This document shows, piece after piece, positions 1 to 10,337 of a DNA stretch of 64,000 nucleotides (position 1 is its first letter; every line of letters starts with the position of its first letter). This stretch comes from Candidatus Bathyarchaeota archaeon (GTDB lineage: Archaea; Thermoproteota; Bathyarchaeia; TCS64). The position numbers and the translations under genes were made by a program. The stretch lies in the NCBI GenBank assembly GCA_963769425.1, contig CAVYLP010000001.1, positions 288,001 through 352,000 of the forward strand. Reading direction: 5' to 3'. Below the pieces are notes generated by a model. That model was not told the origin of the DNA. It worked only from the letters and a program-made list of their open reading frames with translations, and ran no database searches.

Positions 1-136
1 CGTCGAGTCCTTTCCCCGGCGGCCTATCTCAGCCCCCTGGGGGGACGGTGCAACTATGGTTTTCGTGCACTTATACCTTCCCACTGAAGAGAAGCTTAAA
101 AAGGGTGATGGATAGTTGGTTCAGACTATCTCTCGT

Positions 137-1754
137 CTACTTTCGGGTCTTCAGGGTGTTGCTGAGAGCGGAGTAGGCGTCCTTGTTCCAGGGGTCGTTG
201 TTCCAGATGGTTGTGAGGTTGATCCTCGCCCCCTCACAGGCGTCCATGAGGGTGCTCTCAACCTCGTCGTCGAGGTCGCCCTTCCCCCTGTAGAGGTAGA
301 CGGCCTTGTGGCCGCTGCAGGCGACATAATTGGCGACTTCACTTGCAGTGTATCGGATGGTCTCCAAGTCGAGGGGGGTCGCTATCTCGAATTGGGATAA
401 GGGGTACGTTTCTGATAGGTCGGCTGGGACGGGCCCGTATGGGGCCGCGTAGAAACAGAAGTGGAGCCCGTCGACATCCTCGCCTAGTTCGTTATAGATG
501 TGCTGCCTGAGGTGTCTGTACTCGTCGCTGCTGTCGAATGGTTTGTGGGTAGGGGTCGTGATGAGGATGAGTGTGTCGGCACCTGCGAATCTCCTGTAGT
601 TCTGGTTGAGGTGATGGGTGTATCGGGTAATCTCTGGCCGTGTGAGGCTGTGGTAATCGTAGTAGAAGACGCCGTGCCCCTTGAAGGCGGGGCTCCCCTT
701 TTCGAGGTCGTCGCGGTACTCCCAGAGCCTCTTGAGTGCCGAGGTCATGGCGGGGTGCCCCCTCGCCCTCCTCTCGACGAGATCCCAGAGGCTCCCCTCG
801 AAGATGGCCTGTTTCACCGCGTCTATCTCGGACATGCACGCGTGGAGGTTGTGCTCGGCGAGGAGCCTCTCTCTCTCGCTCTTTATGGCGGTCTTCAGCT
901 CCTCGGCGGAGTGCTTCCTGCAGACGGGGCAGGTGCACGGGAGGTAGCTGATGTCCTCGAGACGGAGGGTTCCGTGGGGGGTGAGGTATCGCCCGTCCTT
1001 CGCGTAGAGGGCGTAGCTTGCTGAGTCGAATAGGTCGCAACCCAGCGCAGCGGCGAGGCTGAACATCATGGGGTGGCCCGCGCCGAAGAGGTGGAGAGGC
1101 CTATCCGGTGGGAGGTTTCGCTTCGCGGCAACGATCATATCGACGAGGACGGGAAACATATACCGCTCCATGACCTCCGTGGGGCTCCCGAGGGCGTGTA
1201 TCTGGAATGGCATCTCGCCGATGCTCTTCGCCGATTTGGCGACAAGGTCTAGGTGCTTACCGCCCTGCACTGGGCCGACCCAGAGGGCATCACTGTTCTC
1301 GATCAGAGGGATGGCAGCCTCGGCACGGCGGAGCGTCTCATCGACAGTGTACTCCACACTTCTCTCGGGGAACGTCCCAGCCCGTTGGGATGTCAAGAAT
1401 TACAGCTATGTCACTTCGAATCTTCTTCTGGTACTCGATGATCTCCGGCTGGGTAATCTCAACCTCCCCGTAGACGAGTATCTGGTAGGCGCCCGAGTCG
1501 GTCATCACTACGCCGTCGTAGTCTAGGAGCCTATGGATGTCGAGGTCGGAGATCTCGGAGAAGTTCTTCTTGGTAAGGTAACTGTTGGTGATGACGATGT
1601 CAGTATGGAACTCCTTCCTCATCCTCTTAGGGGGGATGATCTGGGTGAGGGGGTTTATGACGGGCATGAAGGTGGGGGTCTCGACGACGCCGCCCTTCGT
1701 CTTGAGGCGCCCGATCCTCCCCATGAGGTCCCTGTCCCTGAGCTCGAAGGCCAT
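137..1754 (-). CDS. tgtA: Archaeosine tRNA-guanine(15) transglycosylase catalytic subunit, interrupted by a 1-nt frameshift near 1358
   Basis: ORF 1338-1754 (RIGRLKT, ETPTFMPV, MTDSG) and ORF 137-1396 (PVQGG, HLFGAGHP, DLFDSASY, CTCPVC, LAEHNL) join as ...PREK|VEYT... if one base is removed. Confidence 0.9.
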
Positions 1755-1842
1755 ATCGGCTCAGGGTGTGTGGAGCCGGGTATTTCACCTTGGTGATGTT
1801 CGGAAAAAGTTATGCCTTTACGATACTTGAGGAAAAAAAAGT

Positions 1843-2265
1843 TTAGCCCTGGGTCTCAGTCTTGAACCGGGTGAAGATGTCCCTGACCCTGTCCGCGGCG
1901 GGGCCCGTCCCCTCGATGACGCCGGTCTCGTTAAGCCTAATCTTCCCCATGACGATGATCACCCGCGCCTCCGGGATTAGCTGCACCATGTTGGGGAAGA
2001 CCTTCTCCAGCCTCTCCTTGAGCCCCTCGAGGTTGAATGGCCTCTCAGACGCAAGGATTCGGGCGACGCTGGTGCCGGCGATGAAGACCCTATGGGCCTT
2101 CCCGCGCTCGGTGTTGACGTTACCCAGGCAGATGCTCAGCGTATTCGAGTCGTACCCGAGTAGCTCACCATCGTAGGATTTGCCCGCAGTGTCGAAGACC
2201 GCCACGGGCTTGCCGACGAGTAGGCCGAGTTCCTCGAAGAATTTCCTGCTGGTTACAGCCGCCAT
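1843..2265 (-). CDS. Sm/Lsm-like RNA-binding protein with C-terminal domain (SmAP3 type)
   Basis: Sm1 motif (GKSYDGELLGYDSNTLSICLGNV) plus C-terminal extension ending GTGPAADRV. Confidence 0.8.
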   Translation of the reverse strand: MAAVTSRKFFEELGLLVGKPVAVFDTAGKSYDGELLGYDSNTLSICLGNVNTERGKAHRVFIAGTSVARILASERPFNLEGLKERLEKVFPNMVQLIPEARVIIVMGKIRLNETGVIEGTGPAADRVRDIFTRFKTETQG

Positions 2266-2355
2266 CTCGTTTAACCTCTAGAGCACAGATACCCTCCCCC
2301 AGTATAAAAATGCGAAAGTAAAGCGCATATGGGTTTCAGGGGGCTAACAGTTAGC

Positions 2356-2583
2356 TTATGGGTCGAGGCGCCTGAATGTTGGCGTGTAGTCCTCGCCGCC
2401 CCCCTCCTTTGCTTTGAGGGTCTTCATGAGCTGCGTCGCTTCAGCTGGAGTCTCAGCCCTCCCATAGACTCGGAGGCTCCTGAGCTCTGCCCGGTTGTTG
2501 CAATGAGGGCAGGACCGGGTCTGGTTGGTGGTATTGGCGAGCATCAGCTCGCCGCACCTCGGGCATCGGACCACGATGTACAT
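2356..2583 (-). CDS. DUF1922-like zinc-ribbon protein
   Basis: MYIVVRCPRCG...RSCPHC; start taken at ATG 2583. Confidence 0.75.
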   Translation of the reverse strand: MYIVVRCPRCGELMLANTTNQTRSCPHCNNRAELRSLRVYGRAETPAEATQLMKTLKAKEGGGEDYTPTFRRLDP

Positions 2584-2585
2584 TT

Positions 2586-3167
2586 CTAGAGCTCCCTTAG
2601 TAGCTTCTCGACCTCGGGGCTGTTCATCCAGTCGACTGCCCCGTGGTGGCACTCCGCCTCGCCATCGATTGTGGCGGTTATCAGCTTAACGGTCTCCTCG
2701 GGGGTGATCCCCGTGGTGTCGATCTCGCAGACCTTGTCGGGGTTCTGGGCGGCGAGTGCCTCGACGAGGCAGGTGCCTAGCAGCTCAGCTTCAATGTTCT
2801 CTCGTATCTTGTTTGCGTCATATCCGCGTGCTCTTAGCTCCTCGCGGAGGACCCAGGGGGCTCGCCGGAGGACGACTGTGAGGGTTACCTCATCGCGGGA
2901 GACGACATCGGGGGAGTAGTGGCCGTCTACAATGACCAGCTTCTTCGCGGACCCGATGATGTTGGCGAGTGCGAGGCGCAGGGCCTTCATATCAGCTATT
3001 ACTGTGGCGCGGGTCTCGTCCCAGCCCTGGCTGAGGCCACCCTCCTTTACGAGGCGAGTGAGTTCGATGTGCTCCCCGTGTAGCTCAGCGGCGAGTAAGC
3101 TGGATACTGTGCTCTTGCCCGTGCCTGGTGTGCCTGTGATTAAAACGACTTCGCGTATGGGCTCCAT
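2586..3167 (-). CDS. Adenylate kinase, AK6/Fap7 archaeal family
   Basis: ITGTPGTGKS P-loop, VDGH, LRARGY..KIRENIEAE, EIDTT. Confidence 0.88.
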   Translation of the reverse strand: MEPIREVVLITGTPGTGKSTVSSLLAAELHGEHIELTRLVKEGGLSQGWDETRATVIADMKALRLALANIIGSAKKLVIVDGHYSPDVVSRDEVTLTVVLRRAPWVLREELRARGYDANKIRENIEAELLGTCLVEALAAQNPDKVCEIDTTGITPEETVKLITATIDGEAECHHGAVDWMNSPEVEKLLREL

Positions 3168-3176
3168 GTCCCACGC

Positions 3177-3689
3177 CTAAGGCTTCTCGTCCTTCTCCGA
3201 GTCCATGCGGAGCATGTCCCCGATCGTCTTTGCCCCCGTTGGCTTTGCGATAATCTGCGACTTCGACGCGTCAGTGTGCTCCACGATGTCCAAGCTAAGG
3301 TACTTCCTGATCTTTGTGATTAGCTTATAGTCAGGGGTGAGGTCCATCTTCTCCAGGTTCTTTATAACGGACTCCTTCTCCTGCATCTTCTTAGCAAGGT
3401 CCTTCTCTGATAGGCCGAGCTTCTGGCGCGCCTTCCTTATCTGGGCGCCGTAGTCATCGACTAGCTCCAGTGACTCGACTGATTCGACGTCGTTCCTTAT
3501 CCTCGGGCGTGGGGCGGCCTGTGGGAGCGCATGCCCCCTGCTGGGGGTCCTCGCCGGCGCAGGTTTAGCTGTTGACCATTCAGATGAACCGAACGGGGCG
3601 CACCTCGAACAAACCGTCAGCTTTGCGCCCTCTATGACTCTCCGCTGGGGTGGACCCAATATCTCTTTACCGCAAACCTCGCAGCGCAT
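3177..3689 (-). CDS. mbf1: Archaeal multiprotein bridging factor 1 (Zn ribbon + HTH)
   Basis: CEVCG..IEGAKLTVCSRC; LVDDYGAQIRKARQKLGLS; TIGD. Confidence 0.9.
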   Translation of the reverse strand: MRCEVCGKEILGPPQRRVIEGAKLTVCSRCAPFGSSEWSTAKPAPARTPSRGHALPQAAPRPRIRNDVESVESLELVDDYGAQIRKARQKLGLSEKDLAKKMQEKESVIKNLEKMDLTPDYKLITKIRKYLSLDIVEHTDASKSQIIAKPTGAKTIGDMLRMDSEKDEKP

Positions 3690-3883
3690 ATCGGAGCCTC
3701 ACTAAAGAGGCGAGAAATCGACTTATAAAGGAAAGGTGTCGTAAAAAGCTTTGCCTATAACCGATTTGCCTATTTGCACCTGGCGGGTTCAGCCTCCTCG
3801 ACCTTCTCGAAGTACCTCGAGTGCTCAATCAGGTTTAGATAGATTGGTCGAGGGATGTTAGCCCTTGGAAAATACGCGTTTTT

Positions 3884-4078
3884 TCATCGTTGGGGGCGAG
3901 ACTTCATTTTCGTTCTGAAGCGCTTATAGAGGTAGAGGACGCCGGTGGAGTACATCGTAACGTAAACGTCGACTATGAGAGAGACGGATAAGTCACCTAC
4001 GCCGTACACTGGGGGGAGTGTAACGATGAACACCCCCATCGTCCCGATCGCTAGCGTTAGGACGAATTTCAGGTTCAA
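3884..4078 (-). CDS. Small hypothetical membrane protein
   Basis: 64-aa ORF with two hydrophobic segments and a basic tail. Confidence 0.45.
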   Translation of the reverse strand: MNLKFVLTLAIGTMGVFIVTLPPVYGVGDLSVSLIVDVYVTMYSTGVLYLYKRFRTKMKSRPQR

Positions 4079-4153
4079 ATTCTTCTAAATTAATTTTCAA
4101 TGAAGGATATATATTCTCAAACCTCTCGGCGTGATGTAAATCGTATGATGTGA

Positions 4154-4600
4154 TCAGAAATGGTTGAGGATAGCGGAGCGGAGCCTTTTATGGCGAGATA
4201 GTGAGGAAACTATTCGTTTGGAGCCCGCGGTGATTCTGGCGTCGAAGAGCCTAGTGATCGCCAGAGTGGCTATGAATGAGGCGACGCCGATGACGCCGAC
4301 CTGGAGGGCGTTGACCTCACCAATGAAGAGTACGATCCCCGCCGTCATCACAGCCCCCATAAGCCCCATCATAGCTGACCTGATGATGAAGTAGAGCCTC
4401 TGCCCCCACGTGAAGGCGAGCAGGGCTCTAATAACCACCTCCTTCTTCACGCCCCCATCGGCGCTACCTATCTGATCTAGGATCGTATTGATCAGCAAGG
4501 GGTCTATCTGTGTCCTGGCGTTCGCCTCAACATCCTCACGCGTCTTCCTAACCGACTCGTTGTCGATGTCAAGCTTGACCTCATCCAAGTGCGCCAACAC
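4154..4600 (-). CDS. Hypothetical membrane protein
   Basis: 148-aa ORF with two TM segments and host-like codon usage. Confidence 0.65.
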   Translation of the reverse strand: MLAHLDEVKLDIDNESVRKTREDVEANARTQIDPLLINTILDQIGSADGGVKKEVVIRALLAFTWGQRLYFIIRSAMMGLMGAVMTAGIVLFIGEVNALQVGVIGVASFIATLAITRLFDARITAGSKRIVSSLSRHKRLRSAILNHF

Positions 4601-4742
4601 GACCCCGGAAAATTCATTGGATTTTATATTTAAATACCGCTCTATTTCCCTCGGCCCCAGTGAAGATCATAGAGGCTATTTGATAGGAGGGTAAAAAAAC
4701 CGGGATGATCTAAGAAAAAATAATCAGACCACGTCCCAACAG

Positions 4743-5060
4743 GTGCTCAAAATGGAAATCAAGGTAAACATGGAGTGCGCGCTGAGGATACTCGAGAAGA
4801 ACGGGTTCGATGTCGAGAACAACGCCAAGGCAGGGTCCCCGTTGATCGCGAATAAGAAGGTAAACGAGAAGGACCACGACAAGGTCGAGTTGTTCCAAGT
4901 CAAGTGCAGCTCCCCGTATGTGAAGTTCGAGGCAAAGATCGACAACGAGATGCAACAGGGTATAATAAAGGCCCTGAATCAGGGCCTTGACAGCTTTGTG
5001 AAGGGGGCTCAAGCCCGCCAAAAAGACGAAGTAAGCAGTCCCAGCTCCCACACATCTTGA
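4743..5060 (+). CDS. Hypothetical protein
   Basis: 105-aa ORF co-oriented with the downstream PUA gene. Confidence 0.6.
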   Translation: MLKMEIKVNMECALRILEKNGFDVENNAKAGSPLIANKKVNEKDHDKVELFQVKCSSPYVKFEAKIDNEMQQGIIKALNQGLDSFVKGAQARQKDEVSSPSSHTS

Positions 5061-5117
5061 AGGTGTAGTGGGCACCTCAGCAACACCTAATAGAGGATGG
5101 CAACCAGTCTGGGTGGA

Positions 5118-5588
5118 ATGGACAGCGAACTGAGGAGGATCAGGGCGGTTGCCGAGTACCAGCTCGGCCCAGGCTCCGGTATGGCCCTCTTCCCTGACGA
5201 GGTTAGGATGATCCACTCACGGAACACAGGCAGGATCAGGCACATACTCCTCGGGGACACACTCATCGCCACATTCCGCCCCAATGACGGCGTCTTCACG
5301 CTCACAATAGCCGCAGCACAGCGTCTGCTTGTACAGGTTCCCGACCTTGGCTACACGGTAACGGTCACCGAGGAGGCAGCCCCGTTTATCTCTAAGGGCA
5401 AGAACGTCTTCGCCAAACACGTCCTACATGCGGGGGAGAAGATACGCCCCGGAGACGAGGTCATAATAATCGCCGAGAAATCCGGCGTCATCGGCGTGGG
5501 GAAGGCGCTTCTAATCAGCGATGAGATGAGGGCTTTTAAGATCGGGGTCGCCGTGAAGACCCGTCGCGGCTCAGAGACCGACGTCTAG
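5118..5588 (+). CDS. Stand-alone TGT C2 + PUA domain protein (C-terminal part of a split ArcTGT)
   Basis: RRIRAVAEYQLG, TGRIRHI, GKNVFAKHV, IRPGDEV, GVAVKTRRG. Confidence 0.82.
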   Translation: MDSELRRIRAVAEYQLGPGSGMALFPDEVRMIHSRNTGRIRHILLGDTLIATFRPNDGVFTLTIAAAQRLLVQVPDLGYTVTVTEEAAPFISKGKNVFAKHVLHAGEKIRPGDEVIIIAEKSGVIGVGKALLISDEMRAFKIGVAVKTRRGSETDV

Positions 5589-6419
5589 CTACTTCTCGAA
5601 CTTGTCGCCGAGCTTCGTCTTCTTCCGAGTCTCACCCTTGCTGAAGTGGGCGAGGCGGGCCGCCGAGTCGTTCGCCTTCTCCATCTCTCTAGCCTCGTCT
5701 GCGGTCTTCGCTGCCTGTCTGAGAAGCTCGTGGGCGGCGGCGAGGATTGGTAGGTACCTCTCCGGTTCCTCGACTTTAAATGTGCCCTCTGTGCTGAGGT
5801 TGGCTACGCGGCGGGCGGCTTCGAATGCGGCCATCGCCTTACCCTGGGCGTAGGGGTTCGTGATCTGCGCCGCGGCCAATGCGTTCTCCTTCTCCACCAC
5901 AACCTGTGGCAGGGTCGGCTTCTCACCTTTACCGATCTGCTCGATCACCTTGTCGATCTCCTGCTGCACAATCCTGAAGCTGCCCGTGACGGCGAGGACC
6001 CTTATTGCATCCGAGTTGAAGAGAGCCATCTCGACTGGGTCAAGGAAGCTCTGCTTCGCCCCGATCATCGGGTCGTTCATGACAACGATGTACCCGACTC
6101 CCTCGACTGGGTTCTCTTTCAATGTCTTCCTGCTCGGTTCATCGGAGACCACTATGATGGGCTTACCCGTTGCGCGGAGTGCCTCTCTGGCCTTCGTAGG
6201 CCCCGGCATCGCGGCATTCGGGGAGACCACAATGTAGAGGTCCGAGGGTATGTCCGCGGCTATCCTGGCGACGTCGACGGCCGCCTCCTCCTCCATGCTC
6301 ACGCTGGATGAGACGACCCTCATCTGCAGGTCCTTGCGCCCCGATCTCTCATCTAGGAGGGCGTCAATCAGAGTGGTTGTGGCTATATACCCGATCTTGA
6401 CGAAGGTGACCTTTACCAA
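5589..6419 (-). CDS. mtd: F420-dependent methylene-H4MPT dehydrogenase (divergent)
   Basis: LLDER, SPNAAMPGP, DPMIGA, FLDPVEMALFN, NPYA, ADEAREMEKAND. Confidence 0.85.
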   Translation of the reverse strand: MVKVTFVKIGYIATTTLIDALLDERSGRKDLQMRVVSSSVSMEEEAAVDVARIAADIPSDLYIVVSPNAAMPGPTKAREALRATGKPIIVVSDEPSRKTLKENPVEGVGYIVVMNDPMIGAKQSFLDPVEMALFNSDAIRVLAVTGSFRIVQQEIDKVIEQIGKGEKPTLPQVVVEKENALAAAQITNPYAQGKAMAAFEAARRVANLSTEGTFKVEEPERYLPILAAAHELLRQAAKTADEAREMEKANDSAARLAHFSKGETRKKTKLGDKFEK

Positions 6420-6481
6420 GGCAAATCACGGCTCTGGTATGGTTTTCATTCGACGGGGTAATAAGATTTTCAAGGAGGGGG

Positions 6482-8353
6482 CTAGTCGATTCCGCCCACG
6501 CCGATGCCCTTCTCCTCCTTGAACTGCATCCGGTAGAAGGCGGAGTAGATGCCACCCTTCTCCATCAGCTCGAAGTGCGTCCCCTTCTCCACGATCCTTC
6601 CCTGATCTAGTACGATTATCTCGTCGCAGAGCCTAATCGTCGAGAGCCTGTGTGCGATTATTATCACCCTCCTGTTCGCTAAGAGCTTCTTCAGGGCGTT
6701 CTGGATGACCAACTCGGTATAGGGGTCGATGCTTGACGTTGCCTCGTCGAGGATGAGTATCTCCGGGTCGGTGAGGATCGCTCTCGCGAAGCTGATGAGT
6801 TGTCTCTGACCGATTGAGATGTTCGAGCTACCCTCCTGGATTATGTAGTTGTATCCCCCGGGGAGGTTCATGATGAACTCGTGGGCGCCCACCATCGTCG
6901 CGGCCTCGATGACCTCCTCGTCGGTGGCCCCGGGCTTCCCGAACCTGATGTTGTCCCTTATGCACATCGGGAAGAGGTAAGAGTCCTGAAGGACGATGCT
7001 CTGGTGGCTGCGAAGGTCTGCGATCTTGACATTTCTGATGTCCTCCCCATTGAGCTCTATCTTTCCGCTTAGGGGGTCGTAGAACCGCGAGATCAGGTTG
7101 ATTATAGTGCTCTTCCCCGCCCCCGTCGGCCCCACTATGGCAAGTTTCATGGTCTTCGAGTTTATCTCGAAGTTTACGTCGTGTATCACCGGAATAGCCG
7201 GGTCGTAACCGAAGGTCACGTCCTTGGCGCTGAGCTCCTCGGCCCTCCCCAACTTGACGACCTTCTCCTCGGGGGGGTCTTCGACCTCGGGCTCTGTGTC
7301 TATGAGGTCGAACATCCTCTCGGTGGCAGCCATCGCCTGCTGGTACTGATCGTACGCCTGCACGAGGGCGAGTATTGGGTTGAAGAATAGGAGCTGGTAG
7401 CTGGTGAAGGCTATGAATGTGCCTAGGGTTATGTCCCCGCTCATCGCCATGTTGGCGCCGAACCAGATTACCAAGGCGGTGCCCGCGACCCTTATCGTGT
7501 AGGCGACTGGCTGGTACGCCGCGGAGACCACCACCGCCCTGATCCTCTGTTTAACCACCTTGTCCTGCTCCTCGTTGAAGGTCTTGTGGGACCTGTCGAG
7601 CTGGACAAAGGCCTTTATAACCTTCATCCCGCTGAGGCTCTCCTGCATCGTCGAGATCATACCCGAGGTGTGGAGGAACGCTGCCCTGTTGTACTTGCGT
7701 GAGAGTATGCCGAGGTAGTAGGTCGCAAACGCGGCGATTGGCATAACGGCGATGGAGAGCAGGGCGAGCCGGACGTTGAGGAAGAAGATGATTATGAAGC
7801 CACCGATAAGAGATGCCGTATTCAGGACTATGCTCGTGAAGCCGGTCCGGAAGAACATCCTGAGGGCGTTGGCGTCGTTTATCGGGCGGGCTATTATCCT
7901 CCCCGTCTCACCCTCAGAGAAGTACCTGAGGGATATGATCTGCAACTTCGCCACGATGTCCTCCCTTATCCTCGCGACCGTGTTCTCGCCGAGGATCCTG
8001 ACCTGCCACGTCTGGACGTACTGCGCAATGAAGTAGGCCGCCGTGATGGCCATGAAGATGGGCACCCACCAGACGAAGCCGCCCATGTCCCGCGGGGTTA
8101 TGATGTCGTCGATGACGAGTTTGCCCATGTAGGGTACGAGGACAGTGGTTATTGAGTTGACGATGAGGGCGATGGTGGCGTAGATGAAGTTCTTCTTGTA
8201 GGCAACGGCGTACTTGAGAAGCCTTCTTAGCAGCTCCCTGTCTGTGTAGGTCCTCTCCTTCTGCGCCTCTCCGAGTGTGGAGAAGACGCCATAGCCGCCT
8301 CCCCCACCACCTCCACCGCCGCCTCCGCCCCCGCCGGGTGTGCTTATCGCCAT
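6482..8353 (-). CDS. ABC exporter TMD-NBD subunit (consensus Walker B/H-switch), heterodimer partner
   Basis: TM domain, GPTGAGKST, ISIGQRQ, ILDEATS, IAHR; poly-Gly N-terminus. Confidence 0.92.
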   Translation of the reverse strand: MAISTPGGGGGGGGGGGGGGYGVFSTLGEAQKERTYTDRELLRRLLKYAVAYKKNFIYATIALIVNSITTVLVPYMGKLVIDDIITPRDMGGFVWWVPIFMAITAAYFIAQYVQTWQVRILGENTVARIREDIVAKLQIISLRYFSEGETGRIIARPINDANALRMFFRTGFTSIVLNTASLIGGFIIIFFLNVRLALLSIAVMPIAAFATYYLGILSRKYNRAAFLHTSGMISTMQESLSGMKVIKAFVQLDRSHKTFNEEQDKVVKQRIRAVVVSAAYQPVAYTIRVAGTALVIWFGANMAMSGDITLGTFIAFTSYQLLFFNPILALVQAYDQYQQAMAATERMFDLIDTEPEVEDPPEEKVVKLGRAEELSAKDVTFGYDPAIPVIHDVNFEINSKTMKLAIVGPTGAGKSTIINLISRFYDPLSGKIELNGEDIRNVKIADLRSHQSIVLQDSYLFPMCIRDNIRFGKPGATDEEVIEAATMVGAHEFIMNLPGGYNYIIQEGSSNISIGQRQLISFARAILTDPEILILDEATSSIDPYTELVIQNALKKLLANRRVIIIAHRLSTIRLCDEIIVLDQGRIVEKGTHFELMEKGGIYSAFYRMQFKEEKGIGVGGID

Positions 8354-10186
8354 CTATGCCACTCCCCCGCCGAGTATCTCCTCGGTGGATTTCTCTAGGA
8401 ACTGGGTCTCGTAGACGCGCTTGTATATGCCATTCTCCGCCATGAGCTCGGCGTGTCTCCCGAACTCGGCGACGCGCCCCTTCTCGAGGACGAGTATCTT
8501 GTCGGCGTTCTTGATAGTGGAGAGGCGCTGCGCGATGATGAACGTGGTTCTTCCCCTCATCGCGTCCTCGAGTGCCTCCTGTATCTCCTGCTCAGTCTTC
8601 GCGTCAACGAAGCTGAGTGAGTCGTCGAGGATGAGTATCTTCGGGTTCGTTAGGATGGCCCTCGCGATGGTTATCCTCTGCTTCTGCCCACCGGAGAGGG
8701 TGACTCCCCTCTCCCCGACGTAACTGTTGTACTTATCCGGCAGGGAGTCGATGAAGTCGTGTATCCTGGCGAGCTTGGCGGCGTTGATGATCTCCTCATC
8801 CGTCGCCTCGGGCTTACCGAAAGCTATGTTGCTTTTTATCGTGCCAGAGAAGAGGAAAACATCCTGAAGGACTATGCCCACCTGCCGCTGCAGAGAGTCG
8901 ATCTTGCAGTCTCTGATGTCTACGCCGTCGATCTTTATGCTGCCGGCGTGGGGGTCGTAGAACCTCGGGATGAGGTAGATTAGCGACGTCTTTCCCGAGC
9001 CTGTTGCGCCCAGTATGGCTATCTTCTCCCCCGCATGGGCTTTGAAGCTGATATCGGACAGTATGTCCAAGTCCTTCGTGTAGCCGAAGCTGACGTTTTG
9101 GAACTCGACCTCACCATGTGGTATCTGTATATCCTTGGCGTTGGGGCCCTCTTTGACGTCGATCGGTGTGTTTCTTACCTCATTTATTCGTTCGAGGCTA
9201 GCGGAGGAGTTTATCCAGCTACCTACGATGTTAGCGAGCTGGTTGAGCTGGGGGACGATCCTCTGCATGTACGTCGCGAATAGGAGCAGGTTCCCAACTA
9301 TGAGGACGGGGTTTGGTCCCAAGAGGAGGCTCGTCCCGTATATATATACGAAGGCTACGCCGATCTGCAGGATCGTTTGGGGGGAGGGGATGTAGAGGGC
9401 CTGGATTTTGCCCGCGGAGATGGCTGTGGCGACGTACTTTGACTCTACCTCCTCGAAGCCGTCCTTCATCCCCTCCTCCATCTCGAAGATACGCACATTC
9501 TTCATGCCTATGATGTTCTGCTGGACGTAGGCGCCGAGCTTGCCGAGGATGAGCATCATCTTCCGGAATAGGGGACGCACCTTGGTGAACTGCCTGATCT
9601 GGATGTATGCGACCAGGGGCATCGGCGCGAACGTGAGCAGGGTCAGTAACGGGTTGATCGGGAACATGATCAAAATACAGGCGACGACGACGAAGAGGGA
9701 GTCGAATATGTTCATCAGCCAGTTCGCGCAGAAGTTGTTCACCGCCTGAAGGTCCATCGTCGCCCTCGAGATGAGGTCACCGACCGAGTTGGAGTCGAAG
9801 AAGCCGAAGGACTTTTCCTCGAGGGAGCGGTAGTAGTCGGATCTTATGTCTCTGATTATCAGTTCTGCCACGTAGCCGTTCGTGAAGGTCTCGAAGAAGG
9901 TGAACATTCCCACTCCGAGGACGGCGAGTATCGTGCTAAGCACGAGCCCGGGAAGCAGGGCGGTCTGTCCACCGAGGACTACCAAGTTGATTATCTGGGC
10001 GAGGTAGAGTGGCTCCAAGGCGAAGAGGGCCGCCCTCGCCGCGCTGAAGATCACCGTAAGGATGGAGTAGGGGAGGTAGGGCCTGTGGTACCTCAGAATC
10101 ATCCTGAACTCCTTCCCCGAGCCCCTGATGTCGGTGCGGGGCTTCATCGCGTCTATCCAATCGAGAACCGGTTTGGCTACACTCAT
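8354..10186 (-). CDS. ABC exporter TMD-NBD subunit (degenerate Walker B/H-switch)
   Basis: GATGSGKT, LSGGQ, ILDDSLS (E to D), IIAQR (H to Q): TM287/TM288-type heterodimer. Confidence 0.92.
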   Translation of the reverse strand: MSVAKPVLDWIDAMKPRTDIRGSGKEFRMILRYHRPYLPYSILTVIFSAARAALFALEPLYLAQIINLVVLGGQTALLPGLVLSTILAVLGVGMFTFFETFTNGYVAELIIRDIRSDYYRSLEEKSFGFFDSNSVGDLISRATMDLQAVNNFCANWLMNIFDSLFVVVACILIMFPINPLLTLLTFAPMPLVAYIQIRQFTKVRPLFRKMMLILGKLGAYVQQNIIGMKNVRIFEMEEGMKDGFEEVESKYVATAISAGKIQALYIPSPQTILQIGVAFVYIYGTSLLLGPNPVLIVGNLLLFATYMQRIVPQLNQLANIVGSWINSSASLERINEVRNTPIDVKEGPNAKDIQIPHGEVEFQNVSFGYTKDLDILSDISFKAHAGEKIAILGATGSGKTSLIYLIPRFYDPHAGSIKIDGVDIRDCKIDSLQRQVGIVLQDVFLFSGTIKSNIAFGKPEATDEEIINAAKLARIHDFIDSLPDKYNSYVGERGVTLSGGQKQRITIARAILTNPKILILDDSLSFVDAKTEQEIQEALEDAMRGRTTFIIAQRLSTIKNADKILVLEKGRVAEFGRHAELMAENGIYKRVYETQFLEKSTEEILGGGVA

Positions 10187-10337
10187 TCATACCGCCAGAG
10201 CGATTACATTCCACTCGGATCGTCGAGCCAGCGCTTAATAGTTACTACTCGACTTAGTGGCTAGAGTCCCCGGATAAGTACTTAGCAATTTTTTCGTTGA
10301 CAAGTTATTAAAACAGATACGGGAAACTATTGTACGA

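Noticed and set aside
1-70. GC-rich minus-strand stretch (CAGGGGGCTG...) loosely like the 5' end of RNase P RNA, or a gene start
   Set aside because: Cut by the window edge; no diagnostic P4 sequence visible.
1350-1365. Programmed frameshift in tgtA
   Set aside because: No slippery heptamer or homopolymer; other indels in the window suggest error or decay.
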